From the NCBI GenBank assembly GCA_030141605.1, contig JAQGDQ010000414.1, forward strand, positions 141,039 to 205,038: DNA of 64,000 nucleotides. Direction: 5' to 3'. Origin of the DNA: Tubiluchus corallicola. Taxonomy: Eukaryota > Animalia > Priapulida. The translations under genes and the position numbers were made by a program. The notes under the pieces were generated by a model. That model searched no databases and was not told the origin of the DNA. It worked only from the letters and a program-made list of their open reading frames with translations. Shown in pieces: positions 1 through 13,624 of this stretch (positions within the stretch are counted from its first letter, which is position 1; each line of letters begins with the position of its first letter).

Positions 1-884
1 GTTCATAAAAGTGAACAGATGGGATTCATTCATCATTCGTCTCAACTGCAAGCAGTAGAATAGCAGCTTTGTTACCCAGAAATCAACACGTGCAACGAGT
101 ATACACATTCCAGCACAATTGTGCGCATTGTTAAGCAATAATGTGTAAACTGACTACAGGCAGTGCGCCCGCCATATTTCAAACCCTGTGTATGCTAACA
201 TCAGCCTTGTCTATTTGACTTGGACGTCTTTAGATAGCTTTGTTTTGTTTCACTGTTTTTAGAGCCACGGATAATGTGGAGTGTGTTTGGAGGATGTCCG
301 ACTGTGAAGGATGTTCCAAGAAACCGACTAATTTCATTTCCAGATGAATCTGAGTACTATTTCCCTTCTGTTAGTACGTTCTTGTTGCAATTTACCTAAT
401 ATTAGCAAGGTCTTGCCGACGTTTTATTGCAGTGCAAAGCCTACAGAGATTTTCGCAAGAAACAGTTTTACCATGTAACCAGTAAGCCACACTTCAGTGA
501 CTCCACTAAGGAAGACAGTGGAGGTACACAAGTAACAGTACATAATTATTATTGACTTGTCACAAGTATTATGACACCAGTAAGTTGTTCTTACCATTAG
601 CACTTTGTGCTAAAATCGTTGTCGATGAAATACTTGTATGGATGGACAAAACCAGCCGAGAACATACAGTATGATAATTATTGAAACATCTAAGTTAAAT
701 CTCCACAAGTTTGAATGTTTAGTTGCTGTCTTGGAGTCAGTGATGACGCTTACTCGTTATTTACCTGCTTTTTGCAGAAAAATTAAAAAGTTTATGCTAA
801 TGTTGTCTAAGGAGAAAATAAAACAGCAAATTATAAATCACACTAAGAAATGAACAAGACTTTAAAAAGATGCTCTTTACTTAC

Positions 885-1428
885 TCTGCTTGCCTCTTCT
901 TGCTGAGTAATCAGTTGGTTTCTTAAACCCTGCAACTGAGAGATCATCTCTGTCAATTTCCTCTCCTTGTCGTCAACACTGCCATCTCCTAATGCCTCCT
1001 TCAGAGCCTTCCCATCAACAATAACGAAGTCCTTATTCTTTTCTATTTTAACAGTTATGTCAGGCAGTGACCAGTTGCTGTCCTGACTAGAATAGTTATT
1101 GTTATTTACACCAACTTCAGCCATATTGTGAGTCTTTGCTAAACGCTTTAGCACATCGTCCATAGATTTCTTGTTCAGCTTTGGACCATTGAGTTCTGAA
1201 CCACTGTTTGACGCCTTTTGCGACGCTTGTGAGTCACAGTCTGAGTCGTCTGACTTAGCTACTCCATCAGTTTGCTGATAGCTTAACGCTTCTGTGGTAC
1301 ATTCTGGAGGCGTCTCCACATCCGAGTCCATTAGTGGATTATCGTCTCCATCTTGATCGTCACTGTTCACCATGGAGTCATCCGTGGTCGATAGTTTGGT
1401 AGGTTGACTCTTACGTTTTGATGACATG
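885..1428 (-). CDS. SoxD: SoxD-group transcription factor (Sox5/6/13-like), main N-terminal coding exon; gene continues left of the window
   Basis: MSSKRKSQPTKL start resembles SoxD MSSKR/MSSKQ. SVDDKERKLTEMISQLQGLRNQLI matches the SoxD coiled coil (recalled SOX6 [24 protein letters not shown]). Acceptor ttttttctaatttattgcag|C ATG (AG at 1430-1429, ATG 1427-1425); donor AGA|gtaagt at 884, phase 0. Confidence 0.88.
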
Positions 1429-1528
1429 CTGCAATAAATTAGAAAAAACATACATGAGAAAGCAATAACATGTAAAAATGCGCAACTCAAAATTCCCATA
1501 TCACCATTTGCGCAACTACAGGAGAGAT

Positions 1529-2252
1529 AACAAGTTCGACTCGAACTATTAGTCGAGGAACTGAAAATCGTGAATTAGAAATGCCGTCAGTGCTGCCATT
1601 TTGAATTTAAGATGGCAAATCAAAAATTTGCTGTGGAACCTGTGAAATTCAATAAATGCGGAACCTCCTCTAATATATTTGCGTAATGTTTCATGACAAT
1701 CCATTGCGACAATAGATTGGCGATGCCTTGTCTTGTTTCGAAATTGACGTTATTGCCGCCATCTTGAACTCAAAATGGCAGATCAAGAATTCGGCTCCGT
1801 CAGTCGATGCGGAATTTGTTCTAGTATATTCCTGCAATGTTTCATGATGATCCATTACGAATTGGCAGAGCTTTAGCCTTTTTTCAAAAATAATGTTATC
1901 GCTGCCTTCTTGAATTCAAAATGGCAGATCGAAAATCTGTTTGTGTCAGTTAATCCTAAATTCGCCCTAGTATATTTCTGCAAAGTTTCATGACGATCCG
2001 CTACGAACTGGCCGAACCTTGGTCTTTTTCGAAAATAATGTTTTCGCCACCATCTTGAATTGATTGTGGCAGATCGAAACAGACTCCGTACTTCGATGCA
2101 GAATTCGTTTTAGTGTATTTGTTGAATGTTCCATGACGACGGTGTAACCTTAGTGTTTTTTCAAAAAGGCGATTCCCAACAACAAGAACAAGAACAACGT
2201 CTAAACGAGCAGCGATTTGGGTCGAGTCCTTTCATCAAAGACTTGACTATAA
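1529..2252 (+). mobile_element. Non-autonomous Helentron/HINE (DINE-1/pearl-like) element with internal tandem repeats
   Basis: 5' end AACAAGTTCGACTCGAAC; four cores GCCATYTTGAAYTYAARATGGC at 1595, 1758, 1904 and 2049 (last one degenerate; spacing 163/146/145); (AAC/AAG) microsatellite ~2178-2198; 3' hairpin GTCGAGTC..GACTTGAC at 2221-2247. A second, inverted copy lies at 50095-50717. Confidence 0.75.
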
Positions 2253-3626
2253 TTATTTTAGCGACCAGGAGAAGAATTTAATCAACTGTCTTTAAATTCA
2301 GATAAGGTTGGGCGTTTCACATTAAACATGTAGTAATAAACTAATTAGTAGTACCTACTAACTATTGTCCGTACGAATCACACAGTCTCGTTATTTTAAG
2401 ATGTGGAACAACTCAGCAGACTGTATGTAAGTAGTAATCGTCGAACCTGGTAGCTACGTTTGTTTATATATTGAATGTATAATACAAAAATTATAGTAGT
2501 ATTTTAGTGTAGCTTTCATTGTAGTATTTTGTATTTGTGTGATATAATGTTTTTGTATGTTTTTTGTATGGCTTTATGCTGAAATAAACTAATCTAGTCG
2601 AATAAAATCTAATCTGGTGGGCAAGATACTCAAGCTGAACCCGTTATTCACTTGTACGCTTCACTTCACTTCACTTCACTTTTAACTGAAGTGGAATTTG
2701 GAATTTTTTCCCTAACTATAGCACACAATAGTATATTAATGTAGTTCTGTTACAATTATTATAACTATATTTGATTTTTTCCTAGTTATAGCGCATAACA
2801 GTTATAAAATAATAAAGCAATTTATAATATAAAATTATTCGGTGAAGTAGATACGCGACATTAATTGACATTCTGCAGAAGTGGTGTAGAACTTGAAGTA
2901 TTGCTTTTTTTCTACAATTGAAATGAATAGCGCCCTGTTGAACATTTTTATATCGAAAGCAAGTTTTTCAAACCGAGCACTCTTTTATGCATTAAAGGCC
3001 ATTTCGCTGGTGCAAAATTGCAAATCTGACAAATAATATTCAGTGATACTCAAGATCTCATTTTCTGCGAATTGCACAAAGCTAAGTGTGTTCACGCAAG
3101 TCAAGTAGAAAATGGGATTACCAACTTACTACCACTACACTTATACATTTATAACTGTTTGAGTTTTAAAAAAGAAGCCCACGTCTATCACACTTTGACG
3201 AACAGCTTTATGGGACAGGTTCGACAAATATCAAATTTAATAAACGTTGATATAAAATCGCAGATTTGATAAAGTTTGGCCATTTGTTTCAGAAAACAAA
3301 AATTAAGTTGAGCAGTAAAAACCTCGTTCTGCTTGCGCCACAAGCATCCATGAGTGGTTATAAGATCTCTTTGCAAGTGTCGTGATAGAGCTGATCTATT
3401 CCTAATACGATTTTTACGTTTTGTAAGATGTATTTTAAAGTGAAGGGATAATATTTGACTGATGTGGCGAAAATTTGCTTATAAAGTGGAAATCGAGTTT
3501 GTCAAGTGAAGAATCAACAACAGGCTCCCTTTTGCAGGAAAGGCATCTCTGTGTGACCTCTATGAATAATAAAGTGAGTCGAAGAAGTAATAGGAGGAAG
3601 AAAAAGAAAGCAAGGGCTAGATGACA

Positions 3627-3629
3627 GAG

Positions 3630-3678
<49 letters not shown>
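3627..3678. repeat. (GATA)n/(GA)n microsatellite
   Basis: Directly visible. Confidence 0.95.
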
Positions 3679-3679
<1 letters not shown>

Positions 3680-4689
3680 GGGAAGCCAGACAGAACACTT
3701 CTAAGAGACAACAGCAAACAAGTCAAAGGCAAAAAACACAGCAAATTCAAAAACATATTTGCGTTACATTATACTTCGCAGCTGACGTGAATTATTTCAA
3801 GATGGCTGCGCGGCTATTCAAAAAGTCGCAGATGTCGAGGGCCTTTTGGCGGCGTGGCTACGAAACGTTATTGTAATATTTTTGTAGATGGTAACAGATA
3901 ATCATAAATGTGCAAGAATTTATGGCTAATATTAACGCGGTGGCCATCTTGTGTCGGTGAATTATGGGTCACAAGAAAAGGACGCAAAAGATAACAGCTT
4001 GCACTCACTGGGCGCCATGTTTTGTTTGTTTGGTAAGAATGGCTTCACGAAATCAGATTGTCTCAAGATAGCAGTTCAGCGAGGCTGGGTTTCTTTCTGT
4101 TTAAGCCTAAGATCTTCATCAAACATAAATTATAACGTTTTGAATAACAGTCTACTTCAAGAAATTAAAACTTGCCAATGTCGTGGCATTACCGTATAAT
4201 AATTTTAAAAAGGAGCAATAATAAAAAAAATTGCCAAAAGGAAATTTCTTTAACTATCAACACCACAGCAGCCACCATGGCTATCACTGCCAAAAATTGT
4301 TTTCATTATGCGATTGCTTTAACCTAGTTGAAAAATTAATCGTTCATGATTTGGGGTCAACCTACGATTGATTTGGCTGTGGACTTGTTACTAGATATGT
4401 AATTGTGAATGAATGTGAAGTTGTCCAAATTTCTAGTGCTCAGTAAAACTGAATGGGAATCAATATATGTGAGTATAATAATAGAAATGTCGTTACACGA
4501 AAGTTGCGCGTTCCTCCCTATAATGTTTCTTTCCACACATGACTCCATGTGGCACATAGCGCATTAAAATTACCGCGTCAAAAAATTGAAAGATTTTCAC
4601 AAGTTGCCAAGGTTCTTAACGGCAAAAGTGCAGCAGAAAGATTAGAAACTTAGCAATGTTTTAATCTTAAGTTCCTAATCAAAGTTCGA

Positions 4690-5095
4690 GAAAAATCTTT
4701 ATGACAGAAATTTTAACAATTAATAAAAAAATCCTTGAGTTAAGAAATTCAAATTGGCTTTCAAACGTCGCAGGACAATCATAAATTAAGTGAAGCAGAC
4801 AAAGGCAAAAGAATAATAGCGCTTGCAATGCCGTGATATCAGAAGAAACAGACCATTACAAAACTCGTGGCGTTCACCATTACATTGGATTGGGCATGCA
4901 CTAAGACTACCTCAAGAGTCTCCTCTTTCTATAGTAAAACTCTTAAAACGACAAAAAAGCTTAGAGGGGGTCAGCTACTGACAGATATACTGCAAAAAGT
5001 ACAACTCTAGATTTGAGGGATGACGCATTGTGGGCAGTGGCGATGGACAGGAATGCGTGGTACAAACAGGTGGGACGTGCCATGTTTTAGAACGA
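4690..5095 (+). mobile_element. Degenerate 3' fragment of an RTE-like LINE ORF
   Basis: Translates to HWIGHALRLPQESP (~4883-4924) and VAMDRNAW (~5037-5060), typical post-RT motifs (W.GH..R; DR..W); frameshifted. Confidence 0.7.
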
Positions 5096-5529
5096 AACAG
5101 CACCTAGACGACGCGTCACACACGACGTTACGTCACAAAACCGGACACAACACGTTACGGTATTTCGGTTTCCTTATTGTATTTTTTTATTAATGATTTC
5201 TATTTAACTAAATTTCACAAAAATTCAAGATGCCAACTTTAAGATGCGTTAAGGTAAGTTAAGATGGTTCTTCAACTTTGAGTGAACAAATGTGGATTTT
5301 TAAAGCGTACGCGCCAAGGAAGCAATCGTTCATAGTAAACACCAGCTGAACTCGAGTACTAGAAAACTCGTAAAAACACAGAACGCAAGAGAGTCGTTAC
5401 TTTCGACGAAAAGCAACCACTTTATGGATTTTACTGAATGAATGAACGATGAGTGTGGTATGTCAGCGTGTGAGTTTCAATGTTAACAAGACTGAATATG
5501 TTCAGATCCAAATCTGCGAGCATCACCCT

Positions 5530-5835
5530 ATTCATACTAAAATACGTACAACTGCTCATAACCTTTTCAGTGAAAAAAGAACGCCACGAACGCCCGAGCA
5601 GCGAATATACCAACATTGTAACAGTCAAGAAATTGAAAATGAAGAACATTTTGCACTATGTTGTAAAAACTATAATAGCATTAGAAAGACTTTGTTTAAT
5701 GAGATGTGTTTTGAATCCTACTTTTATGTCGCTTACTAATGAGGATAAACTCAGACTTTTACTAAGCAGTGATGATTACGAGATTACGATGTTAGCATTA
5801 AAGTTTTTTACTAAATGTTTTAATAAAAGAGATAC
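5530..5835 (+). mobile_element. 3' fragment of a non-LTR retrotransposon with C-terminal zinc-knuckle remnant
   Basis: TKIRTTAHNLFSEKR..PEQRIYQHCNSQEIENEEHFALCCKNYNSIR resembles LINE R.S.H.L..E.GR...R.C..C...IEDE.HF...C..Y...R; frameshifts into LTNEDKLRLLLSSDD. Confidence 0.8.
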
Positions 5836-5954
5836 ATCAAACAACAAATTTCCTTTTCTTTAAATGTACATGTTTAAATTAAATGTTTCTTTAAATGTTT
5901 CCTTTCTCTAAAAGCAAATGTTTAGGCTTATTGTATTTGTATATTCTGTTTTAT

Positions 5955-6392
<438 letters not shown>

Positions 6393-6393
6393 T

Positions 6394-6600
6394 CACTTCA
6401 TTATGCCTGGTCCCAGATTCAGTAGTTTGCAGCCCAAAATTCACATTTAGGTACCTGTCGTGAGGCCTTAGGGAATGGTCTTACCATTGTTTGAGATCTT
6501 GAGGCCATACCATTGTTTGAGACCCTTCCCGGGTGTCTATCCTGCAAGTTTCCTGACTCTAGGTGTCATAGTTTTAGAGTTATTCAAACTTAGCCAAAAA
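6394..6600 (+). mobile_element. Fragment of a dispersed repeat (HINE-like core), related to 28340-28620
   Basis: Shared CACTT..TATGCCTGG and GTGTCTA.CCT..AGTTTC.TGACTCTAG..TTTTAGAGTTATTCAA with the 28 kb copy. Confidence 0.55.
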
Positions 6601-7004
6601 TTGTATACGTTGTATAAAAAATATGAATTTTAGTTGAATTATGAAATATGAAATATGAATTAAATGAGAGTGTGTGGTGTTTTTTAAATTAAATGCTTTA
6701 TCCACTTGTATGTAACTAATATCTTTGTCTATTTTTGTTATCAGTGTTTAATGTTTATTTTGTTTTTGCCACTAATCTACTTATTTTTTTAACAGAACCG
6801 CTTATGTATCTGTACATGTGCGTTCGAAAAAATGATGTTAATAAAGTACTAATGCAGTGCAGAAACAATTTGTTGCGTACATGTTGTTTGTATGTAGTCT
6901 GTGCTGTGTGTGTAGTTTTAGTATCTGTATACGCTATAAATTTTTTAGTAATTTATTGTAATAAGACACTAATAAATATGAAAGGCATGAAACATATATA
7001 ACTA

Positions 7005-7024
7005 ATACATATACATATACATAT

Positions 7025-7061
<37 letters not shown>

Positions 7062-7124
7062 TACGTACATATATACACATACACATACACATATACGTAC
7101 ACGTATACACATTATACATATATA

Positions 7125-7154
<30 letters not shown>
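7005..7154. repeat. (ACATAT/ACAC/AT)n microsatellite
   Basis: Directly visible. Confidence 0.9.
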
Positions 7155-7155
<1 letters not shown>

Positions 7156-8221
7156 ATAAATTACATGTATACATAACATTGATATATACAATGATATACA
7201 TAACATTGATTGGCACATAGACACACGTATACCTTCTGTTGATTTGTCAACCATCATACAGCTAAATTAAAGGTGGGCCTTTTCAGCGCCCAAGTTGCAG
7301 ATTGTTAATCTGTGTGTAGAGCTTGAGCACTGTGCAATGTCAGATAGTAATGACGTCTTTCTCTGAAAGGAGAGATGATAACACGACGTGATGCATGTGG
7401 TGCCATTCAAAGTCAGTTTTAGGTTACAGATTTATTGTCGAAAATTATAATACATCACGAGCACCCTCGGCAGAAGCCACACGCTCTACACGAGGTTTCA
7501 CTAGCACTTTCTCTCTTGACGACTAGACGCCAGTTACTCGTAAGAAACAAAACGTTGGTAAAGTTGTGTACTCATCAACATACTACTACAGCATTGTTTT
7601 TAAAATAACGAAAAACTGTAAAAAGAAAAAAGGAGAAGAGGGCGTGGGAAAATGACAATAAAAGGAAAGAATGAATTAAGTAATGCGCAATAAATTTTTT
7701 CTATAATAAGTAAGGAAGAAAGTAAAAAAGTAGAAAAAGATGAAGTGAAAGAAGAGATGGAAGAAAAAATGGAGAAGCAAAGGAAAAGAGGAAAAGGACG
7801 AAGAAAACGAGACACAAAAAGACACGGTAAAAGATGATAAATTAAACATACGCATAGAGTCATGACTAAGTAGAGTGTTAATTTCAAATAAAGAAAGAAA
7901 GTAAAAACATTGTAGCAATTCCTAGATTTTTAAATTTTGTGGCCAAAATTATCCAATCTGGTGGCCGACATTACATCAACTGGCCAAGATTGCCCTAATT
8001 TAAACTCCACAGAGTGCGCAAACAACGCAACAGAGATTACACTAAACAGAGCAATACAATCCATTTCTTTGCTTTCGTACAAAGCAGACAAATCCAACGA
8101 TAGATTTGCTAAGGCGGTACATAAAATACTAATGATTATAGGTAAATTACCAATAAATTACATGTATACATGATATTCATATATAGACACGTATACCTTC
8201 TGTCAACCATGATACAGCTGA
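7155..8221 (+). repeat. Dispersed direct repeat pair (7155-7265 and 8152-8221)
   Basis: Both carry AATAAATTACATGTATACAT..AGACAC..GTATACCTTCTGT..CAACCAT.ATACAGCT. Confidence 0.75.
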
Positions 8222-10579
8222 ACCATTATCTGCAAATCATTGAAGAAATCTAAATGTGGCCGACATTACCCCAATATACTCTAATTATTATGGTACTAAC
8301 TTTTTTCCACGATTTCAGGTTAAAGCTGATACTACCAAATGCTTATGAAGAAACATGCGGTCTTTCATTCACTGTATAACTGATACTTGGCAATGATGTA
8401 CGTTTGGATAATGTCAATAATATCATTCTTAACAATAACACATCTACATAGCTGTTTTTGCGTTTATCTGTTTAAATATATTCTACCTGACCTAATTCTA
8501 ATCTTAATAAATTTTTGCACTAAAATACACTTTGGGCTTTGCAAAACTTAATGTTTGCAGCTACACATGGCGGCCAGTATACTTTGTTCTGCGCAAGATT
8601 TACAGCTATCCGGTCAAATTAGCTCTCACTGACCCCCGCGGCCGGCTTTCAAAAAGGTCTTCAGTGCTTACGAGGCTAGTTGTGCTGGTCTGTAGCCACG
8701 TAAAGTCAAGAATTGGGTTTCATTTCGACTGCTTATATAAAGACAGATCTCAGCATGTCAGGAGAAATAACAGCTGCCCAGAACAGAGCCGAATAAAAGG
8801 CCAACTTTGTGTGTGTGTTTGAACGGACGGCTAAATCGCACTGTTTATTATCCTGGGTTTCTACTTCAAACAATATCCCAAGCCGGAATTAGCTTCATGT
8901 GTTTATGGTTACTTGAGTTCTCCGAGTCTTATACAATTTTCGCCTATTCATTTTTGCATAATCTGCAGTTGTGAGTAAAAAACTTATACTAGAAAACAAT
9001 AACTAGCGATATTATTAATCACAATTATTATTCATTACAGGCCCAAGCAATCCAATCCGAAAAATAGAAAAAGAGCATTTTAATTGACAGAGATCGTGAA
9101 CTCCTACTGTACTGATGCATCGGCACCACACATGAAATCTGGTGAGAATTCTTTATGCAGTAATGTGTAATGTGCAGTTCTTTATGCATGCGCATGCAGT
9201 GTGCATGAGTAATTCTTTATGCAGTAAAGTGCAGTTTGGTGCACTTAAAGTCGAGCTGACCTATGCTACTATATATAAACTGCATAAAACTAATCGTAAT
9301 ATCACGTAGATTTGCATAAAATTATTCTCATTTTACTTGTAATACCGAGACGTTGGTTTAGTTAGACATGTAAAAAGTATAACAGTCAAAACAGTTAGTT
9401 CCTACTAACTAAAGATAAAATTACTTTCGAAAACCGCTTATTTTTGTGTTAAATAATAATTATTCACCGTTGAGCTATCCCCAACAGCACAAGCTCACTG
9501 AGTGCTCCAAGTAATCTTTGCCATGCCAAATTTAAATTAATCATATTGTTGACCTCAGGTTAAGTTCGCAGTGCTGATCTTAGAGAAAGATAAATGTAAA
9601 TACTAATCGTTCTTATCAAAAAAAACCTTTAAACTATCAACCTGCCAGAAGTTGCGAAGTGCAAAATTTGTAGTATGTTGTTATAGTGAAGCGTTTCACA
9701 GTAGCCTTGAGTAGCGTCGTCAAACTCCAAAATGATCGGTCCAACGGAAACTTCAGTGAGCAAAGCAGCTTTCGACCATTACCAGTTATAAATAACAATT
9801 TGGACACGATCTACTGTTCTAGTAACATCAACCATCATGCCAACGGGACAGAGGAAACTCAAGAAGATCTCTAGCTTTGTGGAGCTATACACTGTCTGGA
9901 ATGCCCCTGATGACCAGCGTTACAAGAGCTTCTAGGAGTGCTAATCTTCTGTTAAATCTTATATAGGATTACTTGAAGTGTTTAAGGCAACACGAGCAAA
10001 ATCCCCAGGATTCTCAGGACACGGTTAGCTAGAGGCAGACCAGCTGTTTTTCAGCTCATAAAGGCTCGAAAATGCGGTCACTTTACTATGAAAAACTGAC
10101 AGTTAAGTATTGTCTAAGTGTTGCAACAACAAGTAGTACTAAATACTTTCTGTATGTCTGCACCTTAACTTGAAAACTAAACCTTAATTAAACAGAAATA
10201 ACACAAACTGAAAATACATTAACAATTATTTATTCATTTTCTGCAATTAGGGGGCTTATGCGTCTGAAATAAACATTTGTTTTATAACTAGAAAAACACT
10301 TGAATTCTATTGTCTCAGAACAGGATAATCTGACAATTAACTTCCCAAATAAGCCAATACTGATTATAGAGTCCTGTCACATAATGCTGCGTATTTTAAC
10401 TACAGCTAAACTGACAAACCCAGTACGCGATATGTGGCACATTGAAGTGACATCACAGTGCTGATGGTATTTAGAAGAGGAAATAACTCAGTTTTTTTCT
10501 GTTTTTTTGTGGATAAATCTCAAATAAAGTGTTCAGTCAATCAATCGGTGGGTCATGGCTCGCTACATATGGCTCGCTG

Positions 10580-10812
10580 GTTGTTGTTGTGATGTTGATG
10601 GTGGTGGTGGTTGTGGTTTTGGTTGTTGTTGTTGCTGGTGGTAGTGGTTTTGGTGATGGTGGTAGTGATGGTGATGTAGTGACGTTGTGATGGTGGTGCT
10701 GGTGGTGGTGCTGGTGACGGTGCTGGTGCTCGTGCTGGTGGCAGTGACGGCAGTGGTAGTGGTGACATTGGCAGCGGTGGTGGTGATGGTGACAGTAGTA
10801 GCATAGTAGTAG
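10580..10812. repeat. Degenerate (GGT/GTT/GAT)n trinucleotide tract
   Basis: Directly visible. Confidence 0.9.
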
Positions 10813-11480
10813 TAAAATATATTTTTCTACATAAAATACAAAATGCAAATAAAAATTAACCTTCAAAGTAAAGCAATTTAAGCGCTTATTTCTGCAGTTC
10901 AGCAAACCGATTACCAGCCCTCAACGGCTAAACCTATTTAAGGCAGGTAGCTGTGGCAGAACCAGAGTCTTACTCATTATCAAGGTAGTCCTCTGAGATG
11001 AGCCGCTGAACCAACAGAGACATTTTAACCACGCTTCGACGCGTGTACACCAAGACCTTAATCACTGTGATTTCCTCGCTCAAAAACATCACTAAGTCTT
11101 ACTAATAGCATAGGATCTGACAAGGTAGAAACAAAACCGGGACAAGAAATCACCACTATATTACTAGTTGGTAAAGGATAAAGAGTTTAGTTGGATCAGA
11201 TTAAGTTTGGGTTACTTGGGTGGTTGGGTGGTAAGTCAAATGTTGTGGTTCATTTTTAAATGTAACCTCCTAAAAGTGTGCTAATTAGGAGCGTTTTGTT
11301 AAATGACTAACAGTCATTGCAACATTTTATTGTCAGGCCGGATAGTTTGCAACAATAGCATGAGTTATATTGGTAATAAATTATGAAGCTGCTAATTATC
11401 ATTGCAATGCTTGAAATAATGTCGCAAAATCTGTGCTTCGCGTTTGTAAAAGACATGACTTGAGACAAGTGATGACCAAG

Positions 11481-11481
11481 G

Positions 11482-11534
<53 letters not shown>

Positions 11535-11586
11535 GTGGTGGTGGTGGTGGTGGTGGGTGGTGGTGGTGTTGGTGTTGGTGTGGTGA
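11481..11586. repeat. (GAT)n(GGT)n microsatellite
   Basis: Directly visible. Confidence 0.95.
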
Positions 11587-12724
11587 TTTTCTTCTTTAAG
11601 GAGCGCAAAGACCTAACAATTATACTGATTGTAAATGAATTCGAAATTTTTGAACGAATTTTAATTGTAACTGTAACTGTATTTTCATTGTGTAATATTT
11701 ACGAAAATGTCTTGTTTTTAACGAGTTTTTCTCGTTTTTTGCTCCGATTTTCTATTTTATTTGTAGTTTTCATTTTCCATTTTTATTTGCTGCTAATTCA
11801 AAAAAATAGTTAAAGCTCGAAATGTATAAACTAGAATCCGCAAGAAAATAACACACTGTACTGTCACTTCGAATGTTCGCAACTTTTTACGACACTATCA
11901 TTAACGTGGGTTTGTTTATTTGCCTGCGCAGAATCAAGTTTGCTAAAAATGACTTTTCATAATCACATTTATATAAAGGAGAAAGAAGTTACAAATTTTT
12001 TCACACAAACAGTGTTCCGAACTCAAAAGATGCCGAAGTGAACTTATAAATTATTAATGAGAGTTAAACAGAAGTCTCGGCGATTACCTTTATTCTTCGT
12101 TTGGTCCACTAAATTTATTAGTTTGCAGACTACCATTTTGCGTAATCATCGTCTCTTCATAAATTAAACACTCAACACTAACAAATCTAAATTCTACCCA
12201 CATTCTAAATACAAGCAGTTTTGTAAACTATTTACCTGCTTAAGTAATACTTTATTGGTAGCCAATTCTTCCTCCCCTTTCGTCCACCTTCTACATAAAT
12301 GGCAATTAATTAACACCACAGGAATTAATTGAAAATGCTGAAAGTATATCAGCAGCATCAGCAATAATACTCATTTCGGCTGCATCTCTAGTGACAATGC
12401 TGTCTTTCTGCTTCCTCGACAAACAGATGTAGCGTGCAGCAGTCTACTTGTTGCCAAATTTAGCTCAGAGGAAGGATGCTATCAAATAGGACCCAAGCTA
12501 TTATGAAATGAAGCCGAGTAGTTCGAACAGCTTATTGTGTAGGGGTGTGAGGCTCGTTTATTAGTGCAATGGGCTGTTATTAAACGCCTTTTGGTTTGGT
12601 TTGTGTGTTTGCTTGCCTGTTTGTTTGCTCGTTGACTGGAATCACTGCTTAATTTATTGTTTCTTATTTATTTCCTTTTTTTCTTTTGATCTTTTTTACT
12701 TTCCTTCGTTTTCTTTCCTCCTTT

Positions 12725-12853
<129 letters not shown>

Positions 12854-13455
12854 CTTATCTGTTTTTTATTTCTCACTTCATGCTTTTGTAAATAGTACAG
12901 CCTTGTGCCTCCCCTTTCCTTTTTCTATTGTGTTTGCCATCTTGGCACTTGTCATGTCACGCAAATCTTTCTTTAAGCTTTAACTTTTTCAACTTAATCA
13001 TACAAAGCAGGTGCATCACTAGAACTAGATTCACACATTTTCAGACGACATAATTGTTTAGTTTATTAAAATAACACAAACTGCTAAGCCTTTGATTTAA
13101 ATCATAAATTTGTTGTAAACAGAAATATATTCATCACATTGCTAGTGTAACAGCGCGTTTACTACGAGTTCACTATAACTTTTTTTACGAGCACGTGTGC
13201 AATCTTACCGGTTATCTATATGTGCAGTCTCGAATCGCTATAAAATCTAAAAGGTACCAGTAAAATCTCTAAGTACGACATGGAATTAATCATAACTTAA
13301 TTACTAAACCACTCCTCAATCGTTACGTCTTATTTTACGAAAATTTATACTTTCCAGCGCAAGTAGTTCATTAACATGCAGATATTAAAGCAAGAGTTGA
13401 CGCCCCATTATTATTTCAATACAATCCTATATATAAAGTGGCGTTTACTTGGCAT

Positions 13456-13624
13456 CCGGAATGCGTATGCGCTTCAGGGGTGTGGAATAGATAAAATCTG
13501 TTCATTTTGTTTTCAATGCACCCGTTTATCAGACATGCGCTATGCATAATTTTTTCTACAGCTATTTCGTAATGATTTTTTATACGCAGCAATTCTGCGG
13601 GTGAATAACGCATACGCATTCCGG
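13456..13624. mobile_element. Small MITE-like element with 16-bp perfect inverted repeats
   Basis: CCGGAATGCGTATGCG (13456-13471) and CGCATACGCATTCCGG (13609-13624). Confidence 0.6.

Noticed and set aside
1-884. Next SoxD exon or HMG box
   Set aside because: No Gln-rich or HMG-like coding sequence recognised; presumably left of the window.
1429-1499. Hydrophobic N-terminal extension (MGILSCAF..) of the 218-aa ORF
   Set aside because: It is the intron polypyrimidine tract and acceptor read in frame; the tail after 885 is likewise intronic.
1595-2075. Palindromic repeats at regular spacing, superficially CRISPR-like
   Set aside because: Intervening sequences are homologous to each other and ~125 bp long; eukaryotic context with no cas genes.
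9140-9330. Repeated TTCTTTATGCA words with inverted TGCATAAAA copies
   Set aside because: Too short and degenerate to define an element or array; no regular spacers.
10537-10905. His/Pro/Thr-rich ORFs
   Set aside because: Degenerate trinucleotide repeat; no supporting splice or codon evidence.
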